A stretch of 64,000 nt of DNA, taken from assembly GCF_009914755.1 (NCBI RefSeq), contig NC_060926.1; one strand, given 5' to 3'. This DNA is from the human T2T-CHM13v2.0 reference genome, Homo sapiens. Shown here piece by piece: positions 12,643 through 28,102 of the stretch (positions are counted from its first letter, which is position 1; every line of letters starts with the position of its first letter). Made by a program: the position numbers and the translations under genes. The notes beneath the pieces were generated by a model. The model searched no databases and was not told where the DNA came from. It was given only the letters and a program-made list of their open reading frames with translations.

Positions 12643-14946
12643 TGATATGGTTTGGCTCTGTGTCTCCACCCAAATCTCACATGGAATTGCAATCCCTACA
12701 TGTCAGGGGAGGGGCCTGGTGGAAGGTGATTGGATCATGTGGGCAGATTTCTCCTTTGTTATTCTCATGAAAGTAAGTTTTCATGAGATCTGATGACACT
12801 TTCCCCGTTTTTCTCTCTTGCCACCATGTGAAGAAGGTTCTTGCTTTCTCTTCACCTTCTACTATGATTGTAAGTTTCCTGAGGCCTCTCAGACATGATT
12901 TCTGTTAAGTCGGAGGAACTATGAGTCAATTAAACCTCTTTGCTTTATCAATTATCCAGGCTTAGGTAGTTCCTCATAGCAGTGTGAGAGTGGACTAACA
13001 TTAGGATATTGGTACAGGGGCACTGCTACAAAGATATTTGAAAATGTGAAAGCAACTTTGAAACTGGGTAACAGTCAGAGGTTGAAACAGTTTAGAGGGC
13101 TCAGAGGAATACAGGAAGATGTGGGAAAGACTGGAACTTCCTAGAGACTTATTGAATGGTTTTGAAAGAAAAATGCTTATAACAAAATGGACAATGAACC
13201 CCAGGCAGAGGTGGTTTTAGATTGAGATTAGGAACTTACTGGGAACTAGAGTAAAGATCACTCTTGCTATTCTTTAGCAAAGAGACTGGCAGCATTTTGG
13301 CCCTGCCCTGGAGATTTGTGGAACTTTAAACTTGAGGGAGATGATTTAGGATATCTGGTGGAAGAAATTTCTAAGCAGCAAAGCATTCAAGATGTGACCT
13401 GGCTGTTTCTAAAAGTGTGAGTTTGTATGTGTGAACAATGAGATGATCTGAAAATGGAACTTATATTTAAAAGGGAAACAGAACATAGAAGTTTGAAAAA
13501 TTTACAGCCTGGGCATGTGATAGAAAAGAAAAATCCATTTTCTGGGGAGAAATGCAAGGCAGCTACAAAACTTTGCATAAGTAAAGAGGAGCTGAATATT
13601 AATAACCAAGACAATGAAGAAAACCCACCACAGGCCTTGAGGCCTATGAGAGAAAAGTGGTTCCACCCAGAGCCCTGCTGCTCTATGCAGCCTTGGGACT
13701 TGATGACCTGCATAGCAGCTGCTCCAGCTCCAGCTGTGGCTAAAAGGGGCAAAGGTAAAGTTCACATCATTGCATCAGAGGGTACAAGCCCCAAGCTTCA
13801 GTGGCTTCCAGGTTGTGTTGAACCTGCATTCACAGAAGGCAAGAGTTTGGGATCCTCCACTTAGATTTCAGTGGATGTATGAAAACGTTTGGATGTCCAG
13901 GCAGAAGTCTGCTGCAGGACTGGAGCCCTCATGGAGAACCTCTACTAGGTCAGGGCAGTGGGAGAATGTGGGGTTGGAGCTCCCACACAGAGTCCCCACT
14001 GGGGCACTCCCTAGTGGAGCTATGAGAAGATTACCACCATCCTCCAGACGCCAGAATGGAAGATCTACCAACAGCTTGCACCATGCACCTGGAAAAGGCA
14101 TAGGCATTCAACAACAACCCATGAAAGCAACTGTGGGGCTGTACCATGAAGAGCCACAAGGGCAGAGCTGCCCAAGGCTGTAGGAGCCCACCTCTTGTAT
14201 CAGCATGCCCTAGATGCAAGACATGGAGTCAAAGGAAATCATTTCAGAATTTTAGGATTAAGTGACTGCCCTGTGGGGTTTCTAACTCGTATGGGGCCTG
14301 TAACCCCATTGTTTTTGGCCAATTTCTCTCTTTTGGAGTGGTGGCATTTACCCAATGCCTGTACCTCCATTGTATCTTGGATATAACGAATTTGTTTTTA
14401 TTTTATAGGCTTATAAGCAGAAGGGACTTTCCTTGTCTCAGATAAGACTTTGGACTTGGACTTTTGAGTCAATGCTGGAATGAGTTAAGACTTTGGGAGA
14501 CTGGTGGGAAGCATTATTGGTTTTGAAATGTGAGAATGACATGAGATTTGGGAGGGGCAGTGGTGCAATGAGGTGGTTTGACTGTGTCCCCACCCAAATC
14601 TCATGTCCCATTGTAATCCCCACATTGCACAGGAGGGTTCTGGTGAGAGGTGACTGGATCATGAGGGAAGATTTCCCCTTTTCTGTTCTCATGATAGTGA
14701 GTAAGTTCTCATGAGATCTAATGGTTTAAAAGTGTGTGGCATTTTCTCCCCTTGGTCTCTCTCTCACCACCATGTGAAGAAGGTCACATGATGACCTTCC
14801 CCTGTGCCTACTGCCATGATTGTAAGTTTCCTGAGGCCAAGCTTCCTGTTAAGCCTGCAGAACTGTGAGTCAATTAAACCTCTTTTCTTCATAAATTACC
14901 CAGTCTCAGATAGTTCTTTATAGTAGTGTGAGAACAGATTAATACA
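12643..14946 (+). mobile_element. Complete MaLR provirus (THE1D/MSTA-like): LTR ~12643-13002, internal ~13003-14568, LTR ~14569-14946
   Basis: Two homologous LTRs flank a typical MaLR internal region (source of the ORFs at 13387-14714); perfect 5-bp TSD acttg at 12638-12642 and 14947-14951. Confidence 0.93.
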
Positions 14947-15229
14947 ACTTGTTTCTCTGATTATGTTTTCAAAACAAACTTTTAATAGATGATTTGGATT
15001 CCTAAGTATCTCAAGAGAAAAAAAAAATGAATCTAATAAAAATGACTCACTCTAAGTAAAATAATAAAACTGAATTTTGACTATAAAGAGGATTTTGAAA
15101 AAGATGACTCCACCCAATTTGAGATATCTTTTAAAATAGAGGCCTTTGAGATGTTAACCTGTTCTTCATTTAATGTTATTACAAAAAAATAAAATAAAAT
15201 TACATAGTGGTTTCAGTTACAGAGACAGA

Positions 15230-17290
15230 CATCTGTCAATCAGAAACTAATGTCCTCCTTCTGCTTTTTCCAAAATGTGTATTGGTTGGCTATTTGTAAG
15301 ACAGAGACCACATTTTCTAGTCTCTTGGCTCAATATATGACTCAGTGACTAGATATAACTACTGAAATGTAGCAGAACTGATGTATGGCACCACTGAGCT
15401 GAATTATTATTATTTGTTTTAATCAGGCATCTTTTTACCTCTGGTCAAAATCAGAGAATTCTTAAATCAAACACATAGGAGTCACAAGAAGGAAGGAGGC
15501 TCCATCTCTCAATGACTACCTGGAGAAAAGCTGCCTGATAATGAGGAATATGTGCATTGGGCTCTAATTTTAGGTAGAAAAAAATAAATATTTCAATCCA
15601 CTAGAATTTCTGGAAGCTAGTGTTACCTTAACTAATGCTGTAGTTGCTACCACAAGTACAATAACGCTTTAATAAAAAACTAAACCATCTAACATTCCAT
15701 TAATAGTAAGGTGGCAAGCAATTGGGTAACTATAAATGGAAAATGGAAATATTCATCAACATTAAAATATTTGGTTAAAAAATCTTTGGTTAAATAATAT
15801 CATTTGCAATATCTTGGAAGGAAAAAGAAATGTGTATTGAACCTGCAGATTTAAAGAAATAAGTTTAAAAGCACAATATTAATAGTTGTATTAGTTACTA
15901 TGTGATTGCTTGGGCAAGATATTACAAAAGAAATGAGTGAAGGGAAGAATTGGCTGGTTAAAGCAAAAAATGAAAGTGAAAAGAACAAGTCCAAAACTGG
16001 GGACTCCCAGGTTCAGACTTTTCTAATAGTTCCAATATTAGAACTTCTAATATTAGAAACTTCTACTTTCTAATACTTCTAATACCTGAACAGTAAGAGA
16101 AAATATTGAAAATGGTTTAAGCAACAAAAGTTCAATTAGGACTTCTCAATTAAATAGAGTTAGCCTTCAGACAAAGGTATTTGTTTTACTCTGAAACATT
16201 GTTTTAGATGACCTCAAAGCAGCCACCTATAAATAAGTAGAAAGAGAAAGCCAAGGGAGTGAAGTGCAAAGAAACAAATTGAGCTTGATCATTATTTCTA
16301 GAATATAACTTTAAATATGGTTATTGGTATGTAGAAGTAATGGGAAACAAATCAAAATTCTACTAATTTGCAAACAAAACCAGGAGTGTAGCTTACAGAA
16401 TCTTTGTCTCTTCATATCTTAAAACCGGAAAAGGCAATAAACAGTTTATGAAATACACAGAGCCCCAGGGGGAGGATATTCCCCATTGCCAACTTCAGGT
16501 GTAGTGTGGAGCACAACAGACTAGAAAGAGCCTCCTATTGGAAGCACAGCTTAAGGAGAACAAAGACAACGGGGAATCTCACAGAGAAAAAAATAAGGCT
16601 AACAAGTGACTTCTCGATCGCCAGAGCAGTAGGTCTTCACCTTCATTGCCTGGCTCTGGACCAATGGCCACTGTGAGTTTCCCAGTCTTCCACTTTCTAA
16701 ATGAGAGTCTTTTGATAGTTTAGATACACAGGACAGTGGATTCAGATATCTTTGAGCCTTTTGGTTCTTAGGTTGCTGTACAAAAGGAACTATAAAATGA
16801 TATGATGGAGAGGACTGCAAGTCAGCTGGAGATCCTGTATTTTGACCTAAATGTAGCATATCCTATGTATGAGGGAAAAGATATTTAAATATTTGGTAGC
16901 CAGAAGAGAAGATTTTGCAGAGATGAACAACTGTTCCTTGGAAATGCATGCTTCCACTTCCATAGTATGATGCTGTCATGGGCAAGGAACTGCCTAACCA
17001 GATGACAAATTTTCCTCATTGACTTGCATCCAGTTATGTCAATATATCTTCCGTATTTTTCTCCTTCTGCTAGTTGGGAGCAGAGTATTACAAGGCCCTA
17101 TGAGATTCTACAGCTATAAAATGAAAGGAACCTTGATTCTTGAATAACTCCTTGATAGGCAGGAGAAAAGCTGCCCATCAGCATATAACACTCTTGCTGG
17201 ACTCATGTATGAATGTTAAATATAATTTAATTGTATTAAGTCAAAATTCTAGACTTTATAAAAGCAACTATCATTAGCCTACTAAATACC
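15230..17290 (+). mobile_element. Old MLT1 element: LTR, internal remnant and second LTR
   Basis: Two similar LTR blocks (ggagaaaagctgcc at ~15522 and ~17162) flank MLT1-internal-like sequence that ends tttggtagccagaagag before the second LTR. Confidence 0.6.
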
Positions 17291-19259
17291 GTTGTTATAA
17301 GAAGATTGTTCTATTGATATTCAGGCAAAGCTTAGTGTGTAGACTGTATAAATTATAATTGTTTTATGCAATTAATAAATTTATATGGATATATTTGAAA
17401 CTTTTATCAAATTAAATAATAAAATAATTAAAAAAACAGAAAATTTTTGTTTTTGCAGAAAATGAATCAGAAACCTTATCAATTTGGAGGCTTTTTGATC
17501 ATTGTAGAGCTCCAAACACTTTAGACAGGTCCCAGATTGAATTTATGAGACTAATTATTTAGGTATGTGTTGAAATTAGATTCCCAATGCTACATTTGGA
17601 AAACTAGCTTGAAAACTTTCAGAAGGCAGGAATATTTTCTTTGTATGTTTCTTTTTAATCTCATTTTATTCCTCACTAAGCCAGATTTAGGAAGTATAAA
17701 GATTTCCTAGTTTGGTTGTGGACAACATTACCATGGCTATATTCAATCATTATGAAGATCAATCGCAATGGCAAAAATAGTTTTGTTTTTACCAAAAGGC
17801 ACTGCATTATTTTAACATTCCACTGGGGTACATTTTATCTGTAGTTAATGGGTTTACCTCTGCACAATTTTTACCTCCATTCTTACAAAGACAATTATAT
17901 CACTAAAGTCAAAAGAAGACCAAATACCTTCAACATTTGCCTTTTCCTTTTCTATGACAAAACAACCACCACCACCAACACCACGACCACCATTATCATC
18001 TGGAGAAGAAACCAACTTACATCAGAAAACATCCCCTTAATCCTAAAGTCAGGCCAAATTCTTGCAAGTCAAACCACTAAGAGTCTGGGGCTCAAGGGAA
18101 AAATATCAATTTTGGTTCAATATCCTGCAAGGCTCAGCAGTCAAGCAGAATGAATCATAACAACACAAAAGCTGAATGTTGGTTTTTCCTTTTTTTTTTT
18201 TTTTTTTGGTTGAATGCGATTATATAGCCTACAGTAAAATCTCAAATTTATGTTATATATTACAGAGTGGTAATGTATAAGCAGAACAATGTCAAGTATT
18301 TTTATTGTTTTTAATTTTTGTTCTTTGTGGTGTTTGCAAACCAAGATTCTTCCAGTTTTTGAAAATAACATTTTGTGCCTGATCCATTATTTAACTCAGA
18401 ATTTTGAATAAATCACTGCTTAGCATTTTGTTTGTTGTTTGGAATGTTCTGGGTTCTTTGTAAACTAGAATAACCATATCTTCTCATTGCAATATTTAAT
18501 ATTTCTTACATAACTCCAAGAGTTCATGTTATTTACCCTTGATGCCCTGATCACAACCTGAGTGATACAAGAATGTTGTCCATGTACAGTCCTTTCAAAT
18601 ACAGGACTACTGGCTCATATCTGCTTGTTTTCATAGAACTCCATAAAAAAAAAAAAACAACTAGAAATAATTTTAAACTACTTGAAAATATAAAATTATT
18701 CTTTTATGCTATTTGCACAAACACTTCAAATATGTAAGCTATTCTCTGGCAGAAAGTAAGAAAGCTTTCAAGGTCACTTGAGACTCACTTTATAAGTGAA
18801 ACAATAACTTACTGAATATTACCCAAGTGGTTTGGAAATGTTCATATAGCTTCCAAAAGTGCTGGAGAATATAACAGAATAAAACCTGCTATCAGTTTCC
18901 TAAACTATGTCTTTACAAATAAAAACAGGGATATGAGTGTGTTATCCAGGATGCTCCCACCCCAGCCTCTTATCAGTATTTTATAAAATGTTGCCAAAAA
19001 TTAAAAAACCCAAAAAACAAAACAAAAACCCTATCATTTTTCTTGAAAAGAGATAAGAAAAATATTCCTCAGAAGTTCAAACAACCTTGGCTAAAAGGAA
19101 ATGGAGGAGATTTCTTAGAAGAGGGAACGAGATTTGGAACAAATAATATTTGTTCACATTTTGAGCAGGCTCATCTAAGTGAAAAGAGACCCTTCACTGC
19201 CTGGGAAGAACAAAGAAAAGATAAGGCGTAGCAGATAACAAAGGACTGCCATGGGACAG

Positions 19260-19720
19260 TGGTGGTAATGGATGTTGTTAGACCATAACTGATTTTTCTT
19301 TCTTAACATTAGCCTGGCCCCAACTTCATGCTCATGTCTCTCTGTTTTTCATTTGTTAATGGTAAAAATTGTCTAATTCCATGTGGTTGTCTTATTTAGG
19401 TGGGCATGTACTCCAGTTCTGACCAAGAAGATATGAGAGAATGTCTGATTTGGGAGCTCTTGTACACTTAACAAACAGTACTGTTTTTCAACTGAATATC
19501 ATGTTTCCACACAGGATCCCTGGAACTTCAATAGATACCTTATGACCGTAGAGGAATTATCCTGGAAAGAATACACTAAAGATCACATTACAGAGCAAAG
19601 AAATAGAAAAAAAGGAACCCATGTCCTCAATGATATTGTTAATCTACCAAAGTAACCAAACTATATGTAGTTGTTTTTCTGTTACTTTACCTATTTGAGT
19701 GGACAGCATTAACTAGTGGT
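19260..19720 (+). mobile_element. MLT1-type LTR remnant
   Basis: gggtgggcatgtactccagttctgaccaagaagatatgagagaatgtctg...gaacccatgtcctcaatgatattgtt. Confidence 0.55.
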
Positions 19721-22579
19721 AATTCAGAGAAGAAATCCTTATAGGTAGTGACTAGAAGATGGGAAAGACATTGAATACTAGAAACAGAGTTGTGCACTCA
19801 GTAATTGAGAGGGAGGTTTAACAGACTTTGAAAATTTATAGAGTAAAAAAGAAAGAAACAAAAAAATGGCAAAGGGAGCAAGTAGAAATGTGGAACGTTT
19901 TTGCATTGTGTTGACTTTATGAATAATATGAGTCAAAGAGCGCAATGAGAGTCAAATCAATTTGCCTTCCATTTCCACTAAAGTATTCACTGCATATAAA
20001 CCACCCCAAGTTTCCCTGTTGTATTCCCAGGCTAAGCACATTGTAATAGAAATATAATTTATAACTAAAAGAGACACTAACCAAAAGTAATACTATGCAT
20101 GAACTGCCACTTGAAGAAAGGTCCAGAGAAGAATTTGGAAAGAAGTTGAACCTTAACAAAAAATTTAATTAATGAGAAGAATGTGAGTCCTATATAAAAC
20201 AGCTGACATGAATTTATACCTTTGAATGAGCCTTTGAACCGCTAAGTTCAGTCAAAATTAGTGCAGACCAGGAAACACATACTTTCTCACCCATGTGGTC
20301 TTGCCTATTCACATCAGCAAATCCTGAAAGGAACTTGAATTTGGGAAGTGACAAGGGATTACTTTCTTGGGGCTCTTAGTAAATTGGTCTAAGATAGGCA
20401 GATAGCTGCTGCATACTTAATTCTCCATGAACTTAACTACCACCAGAAGTGTTACTCATCCAAAAAAAGATAGTAGGAGAGTCAAATAAGGAATTGGGAT
20501 ACATAAAAAATATTTAGATATTTAATAGGCTCTAGACAGATGAAAGAAACAAAATGTTACATAATACCACCCACTGAATCTGTGGGCTATAGATAAAAAA
20601 GCATTGGTAGGTTTTAGAATAATTAATACAAATTTATAAGCCTAGCGATGTTGTCATTATGTTGCATCAATACCCACTGATTAAAAGAAGTGGGCAAATA
20701 ACCCCTTGATACTTTCCATCCTACAGGTGAATGCTGAGGTCAGCTAATCTGAGTACTGCTTCTGTGTGAGAACCTAGGTTGTTTCAAATATACACTGATA
20801 AACCAAAATACACTTTTACCAATTCATTTTATTAGTTTTTTTTTTCCAAAGAAACTTTAAGTCCCAGATACCTGGGAGAGAAGCTGCAACATTTCAATAC
20901 ATAAACTCAGGAGAATGATTATTGGAGCTATTGGAATATCTTAATTTTTCTGATTTTCCTCCTAAAGAAAAGAAATACACAAGAAAATTTGGAGGGAAAC
21001 TAAGTTTATAGAAAGATATCTTTCCTTGAACAATGGGGATGTGCATCTGATTGTGGATAGCTAAGTCACATTGCTGGTTGGAAGTAGTTAAGAAGTTAGG
21101 AAATCAACTTTTGTTACGGGGGGGAGTTGGTTGTAGGTATGTGTAGGGGGCTGTTTATCCTTAAAAAGCTAGGACTCACAATTTGCAACCTGTCAAAATG
21201 TAAATAAGCATTTTAAAAGTTTAAGGCAGTCATGAATCACAGATGAGGACCCTACCTTCCAAGATGGGTATATTTATGGGGAGAAAAAAGTACAAAGGGT
21301 CGTATGTTTAAATGTTTTATGATGTTCAAACCCCCTACAGCTTTAGAACCGTCTCAGTCCTCAAAGTGATACATAGTGGTTGGGGGTGGGGGAGCAATCT
21401 CTGTATTTAATTTGTCCAAACATAGTCTGAGGCATTTAATAGCCAAATGTCTGTAACATTTTCACTTATGTCCTACTGCAAGTGCATTAGTTAGTGACAG
21501 TATCAGCTTGGAACCTGTGCCTGCTCAGGGAGCCACCTAACAGAAGTAGAAAACCTGCTAACTACTCCAAAGATCTCATTACAAAACCTTTTACGTGTGT
21601 AGGCAAACCCGCTTCATTTGCTATCTTCCCAACTTCACATAACAACCCAGATTAGAATTTCATTAGTCAGTCCTGCTCCCGATAGCTGTTAACTTTGATT
21701 CAATCTTTAATTTCTCAGTCATTATTAGCTTCAACAGGTGGGTGATGGGAAAGGGTTTTTTAAACTCTTCAATACTGTCAATCATTCTTGTGTGAATTTA
21801 ACTTGAGATGAGCTTCACTCTCCTGTCTCCTGGCAGATGGCCTGCTCTTGTACAGAACAAAGACAACACACTTTTCCCTTATTATTGGCATGAGGTGATG
21901 GGTTCACAAATAAATCCTACAGATCACTCTGCTATTCACTGTCTGCAAGTCAAAAGATTCATCCCACACAGAAATAAGGGTATATGTTGTCCTTGGAAAA
22001 TATTTAATTTCTGTTATTTTACTTAACATAGGAGATCTTCCCCCTCCCTCAATTTAGCCAAATCACATAATTCTTTTGAACCTGGGTTTTATCAATGGTA
22101 CCCCAAGTTCCCCAAAATATATTTTCTCAAAATTTTAACTCCAACTTTGGTACCTTGACTAAAATATCTATTTACTTTTACTCTAATATTCTAATAATTA
22201 TCACACCTAGAATTAATTATCTCCTCTTGTTGAATACTTTTGCAACAAGTTCACACTCATAGTGAAATGCACTCTGTCTCAAGTATAGTGTGATGATTTT
22301 ACTTTAATAGAAAACTGAGGGCCACAGCTTAGGAACAAAATTGTAGACTAGCTCCACCCCTGACCTCAGTTACAATCCTCATTAGACCCCAATACTAAAT
22401 AGTTTGATATTGAAGCAGTGTCATGTTCAAAAATGCAGTTCCACAGACAAAAGTAACTACAATAGAATTTTATTCTTTACTCTTGTCTTTTGAAAGACCT
22501 TGAAAGTAATCCAAATATATCTTGCATAACAGCAATTGTTAGAATAAGGTTGTTCCTCTGTTACATCTTCCCTTATGGT

Positions 22580-23060
22580 GTCCTCAGAGGACATGCTAAC
22601 CCAAAATCTGGCACCTTGGCAGTTGAGAAAACAGCAGAAGCAGATGTCCCTTCTCCCCTGATGCAGGCCATCAAAAAAATCATCTGACCTTTCTCTGAAG
22701 TAGATCATAAGAACCTCATGTGAGAGGTGCCCACTCTATACCCGGAGGAAAGGAGCTTCCATATCTCTGAAAACTTGGGGACACAGAGAAGAAACTGAAC
22801 GCACAGGCCTCACTAAGTTTCCCCCAGTTGATTATCATTAGATTATACCCCTTTTTTTCAATCGTGCTTCTCCACAGCTATCCACTTCATCAAATGTTAC
22901 ATTAAAAAAAAAAAACAGGGTTTTCCATTACTTCAGATGTTCATTTCTAATAGCTCCTATGTCATGTCAAACTTGTAAGTACCTTTGTATGCTTTTCTCT
23001 TATCAATATGTCTTTTATTATAGGTGCCTCAGCCAAAGTGCAGCGATGGGTAAGAAAAAA
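22580..23060 (+). mobile_element. ERV1 solo LTR (MER34/MER39-like)
   Basis: ccaaaatctggcaccttggcagttgagaaaacagcagaagcag...catgtgagaggtgcccactctatacccggaggaaagg; homologous to the element at ~29125-29660. Confidence 0.7.
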
Positions 23061-23424
23061 GGTTCCCCTCCATGCCCACCGAGCCATACTCAGAGGTACC
23101 CTATACTTTTCTCCTCCTACACCTTATATACCCTTCATCTTTATTTCTTCCCTAGGCTACACTTCATTTTTTTTCTTATTTTCTCTCCTCTTTTTCTCAA
23201 CACTTTATTATATAATAGATTTAATCTGTATGAAATAGACCTTTTTAGAAGGATTTGTAGTAGAAAGAGAACAAGGTTGAAAAGAAAAAGGTCATCTTTG
23301 ATGGGGTAGAATATTGGTCTCATTATTCTATTCATAATGGTATCACAAGTGTTGAAAATATTAGCAATTATCATTGAGGCGAAATGAAGAAGAAACTTCA
23401 CATATTCCACAACTCAGAAAATGT

Positions 23425-23612
23425 TAAGGTTCTTTATGTATTTGACCTTATTTAATTCTTTCAACAGCCCTGCAGGGCAGCACTATCATAATTCACATTT
23501 TTATGACAATAAAACAAAGGCAGAAGAAATATCCAAAGTCACACAGCTAGTAACTGGTGGAGCCAGGATTTGATCTCAGTAAGACTGACTCCAGCATCAA
23601 GTTCATAACCAT
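23425..23612 (-). mobile_element. MIR SINE
   Basis: ccaaagtcacacagctagtaactggtggagccaggatttgatctcag. Confidence 0.75.
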
Positions 23613-24098
23613 TAAAGAAGCAGAGACCTACTAACCATCTGACAGAAATGCTGTTTTTGATGTTGGTTGGAATATGATCTCTATGCTACCTGCCAACTCT
23701 AATGACTATAGAGAAATAATTTCGGAAAGTTTTCCAAGGAACTATTGAAAGGAAATGTTGCTAAAAATTTTTGAAAGGAAGAAGAAAATCTCTAGAAGCA
23801 TCTCTGGGAAATAGTCTGAATTAATGAGTCAATGTCCACATCTAAAAATCTAAAATTAAAAACAAGGTTGATTTAAAAATCTCTTCTTGGAAGACTGGGA
23901 CTGGAGCTTGGCTCAAGTCATAATGGGAGTCCAGAGAAAGTTAGTAATCTATATTTAAACCATGGAGAACTGAAAAACAAACAAACAAAAAAAAAAACAA
24001 AAAAAAAAACAAGAACCAAAAAATTATATTTCTTCAATAGTCCTTAGCAACAAAAGAATAGGAGGTTGAGAAAAATGAAGTTACAAATATGCTTAAGT

Positions 24099-24412
<314 letters not shown>

Positions 24413-26723
24413 TTAAGTAACAGGTACTTTCTCCAGGCATCCTTTTGGGGGGTAAGGCAAATTTTTCTCCATTTTAAAATCTATGAAGGTCAAGCTCTAG
24501 GAGTTAGGTCAGATTATTAATACATTCTGATATTTTCTGAACAGAAGTTATAATAGTCAAGGCCAAATACATATCATCCTGTAAAATTAGGAAAACCTAG
24601 GAGGAATTTTAGGCGCAGAACATTTCCCCTTTAGTAGGTCATGTGCAGTTTTTCTAACCAAAAAACTATTCAAATTATTCTAGAGCAGGCCCAAATGTAG
24701 AAGATAAAGGAAAAATCTCCTGTTCCGTTCTTAGATAGAATCACATCAATCCTAACTAAATTTCTGATATTAAGAGAAAAATAGAATGTATTTGAAAGTG
24801 TTCTGTGGCAACCAGGCCTGTATTTATAAAAGAGTTGAGCATTTCCTTCTCTGATATCTATGATTCATGATTAAAAACAGTGCTATAGAGACAGAACTAA
24901 CTCAAACAAAAATTCCAAAGAACCTATTCTGATAAATGATACATGACAAAATTACATTTAAACAGTTATGAGGCTTGAAGGAATCCAGCAGAGAATAAGA
25001 GCAAATGATGTGGGGGTTTTCTACTCTTAATTCCTGTGACAAAAATGATAAAATATGGTTCTTTCATACAATGACAGGGAGAAACAGGAAACCTGAGAAC
25101 AGAAAGTATATTGTTGTTCAGAAAGAGAGATGGTGTTCCCATATATTTCAGATTGGCAGTTTTATTTGAAAAGGGCCTCTGGATCTTTGTTTTTAAGAAT
25201 GGGGAAGGATAAGAGCAGTAGAAAAAGGGGAAAAACACAATAGTTTTATAGTTTCACCTCTTAACATTTGACAGACACTGCTGTCTAAAGGCTAATCTGA
25301 AATTCAGTTATCACATCCAGGGAAAAACATGCAAGCAATATATTTCTCAACAGGATGCCAAAAGAATGTTGTTAGTGCGTTTGTAAATTTCCAATTCTTT
25401 CTTACTGCCCTTATCCAACAACCCAAACAAATCAGTCTAAATACGACTTCTTTTCCTAATGTCTTTTGAAGCATCACTGCAGTCAGATTGAGTCAAGTAA
25501 CCATCTGCTGCAAATACAAATAGAGCTACATTCAAGAATTATATTACACAGCCTTCCCAGCAAAGTTCTTACGTGCAAGCTGTTCTTGTCAAAATCAGAA
25601 CCATTGTGATGATGCGTCTTAATATTCAATCAGACTTTAAGTAAAGAGTGACAAAAGTCCACATATGGATGACAGCTGTTTCTTCAGTAAATATTTTCCC
25701 ATTTATTGAATGGAGGCTTATGGCAGTTTAGGATATGTTCCATCAGACATTTCAGCCTGAACTGCCTGAGGACTATTAAAACAATAACAAGGATAGAATT
25801 TCAGTTTTCAAATCTTTGCTACAATTTACATCTTAAAAAATAACAGCTCCTTCAAATAAGGTGGTACACTATGTGGTTAATTTGAAAGTATCCTTGCCCA
25901 GTAGTGACTGCTGAAAGAACTGAGTTTTCCTCCTGGCCCTCTAATAATACCACCATATTTGTAAAATAAAAGCATAATTCCTGTATTGATTTTCTAATCA
26001 TATGAACAAAGATGATGGGAATTTAAACATTTTATGACTATATTTTTATAAATTATGAAATATGGTAAAAAGATTAATGAGTCTATTAGCTAAAGAATGT
26101 CAGAAGGTCTCTATTTAACCAATAAAGTAGCTTGCAAAATTGGGAAGTTAAAAAAAAAAGAAGATGAATTCTGATGAGGAATTCACTAACACCATAATAA
26201 TATTTGGGTTTACATATCAACAGTCATCGAACGTAAGAGTCTGAACAAAGATATTTTTAATGTTTTACTAGTATCTGGGTAAACATATGTTGTGCCCCTT
26301 TTGTAAATCCTAAACGTTATGCTGGATATAAGTATGTCAACAGTACATCCTTCAAGTAGCATTCTGGAGGTTTGCTAACGAAAAAGTCCACTGTTAAGCA
26401 TTAAAAAGTTTCCTCTCTTTAACCTAAAAATATGCTGAGGCTTTTCTCTGATGACCCTGATGCAATTCTTGGGAAGGTGGAAGGGAAGATGGAAGGTTAT
26501 TTGTGTCTTACATTAGACCTGCAATATTCATACACTAATAACTCACCAGCTTCTGCCTGGTGAGTTATAGCCTTTTTTCCTTCCTGCGACACAGTTGTTA
26601 AAATCAACATTTCTAAAAAGTTTGAGTCTGTAGTCTTATTTTCCACAACAACACTTGTCATACTTCAATCTTTTCTTTTTAAATGCAAACTTTTTTAGAC
26701 CAAACACTATAAAGAATTTCTTA

Positions 26724-27068
<345 letters not shown>

Positions 27069-27524
27069 TTATCTTGGTGCCTTTCTTCTTGCTATCTGAA
27101 GACTGAAGACGACCTAGATACATGCATAAAGAGTTTCCACGTTTTAAAATATAGGTATTTAGAATGTAATCTCTTACTTTTTGCATTTGTCCAAAATAGT
27201 TCATTCGATGGAATGAACAGAACTGATTCAATAGCACAGCTAAACTCTGTAGTAGTGAGGAATAAATACCTTTTCTGAGTGTAAGGCAAATCCTTGTTTT
27301 CAGATTCCCTTTTATTAAAAGAAGGAAAGGGTGGAGAAGATGGAAAAGGAGATCTATAAGATTCCTTTGTTTGAAAAAATATCCAAAACTTGGAAATAAA
27401 GCAAATGGAGGGGTGATAATTTCTTTCAATGGCATACTTAGGAATTGTAAAAAAGGCTTGCTCAAGGACTGATTAATTAATTCTCTAGAAGAGTGCTGCC
27501 CAACAGCACTTTCTACAGTGATGG

Positions 27525-27951
27525 TGAGAAAAGAAAAATAGCTAAGAGCAGTCTGAGCTATGTGAGGTATGCAAAATTAATCAGGCTCAGAGAGACTTGA
27601 GTATGGGATTTCAGCTATACCTTCCACACCTGAGCCCAGGGGCAGCTGTTTAAAGACATTTCAGTTCTGACTAGCTGTCTCACTCATTATCTTCATGTTC
27701 CTAGAACTTGTGATACAAAGAACAATGTATAGCCAATCAATAACTTATGTTACTTTAATGTAAATTCTTAGTAAACAAGTTAGGAAGGGTCTCTTCTTTC
27801 CCTTTAAAAACCTACTTGTAACTGCTGCTAATAGGAGTATACATTCAGAGCAAATTGAATCTGTACTACTGGGTTGCAATCCTCAAGCTTGGTCCCAATA
27901 AACTCTCTACTTAGATTAATTTGGCCTCAGCTTCTTCCTTTTAGGTCAACA
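27525..27951 (+). mobile_element. ERV1 solo LTR (LTR23-like)
   Basis: tgagaaaagaaaaatagctaagagcagtctgagctatgtgaggtatgcaaaatt...aataaactctctac...ttttaggtcaaca; TG...CA termini and AATAAA. Confidence 0.8.
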
Positions 27952-28102
27952 ATAAAAAAATTCCATATTTATGCTGTCCCATAAAGTAACCACTAGCCAA
28001 ATTTAACAAGTGACTACTATGACTGGAAAATTGAATTTTTATCATATCTAATTTTAATTAACTGGAATTTAAATTTAAATGACATAGGTAGCTAGTGACT
28101 AC

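Noticed and set aside
13387-14714. Overlapping ORFs of 60-137 aa (also at 53248-55469)
   Set aside because: They lie within MaLR internal/LTR sequence and are decayed repeat frames.
19950-20900. Possible CR1/L3 remnant
   Set aside because: Similarity is too degenerate to support without an HMM search.
21378-21395. Possible G-quadruplex (tgggggtggggg)
   Set aside because: Only two long G-runs; not a canonical four-tract motif.
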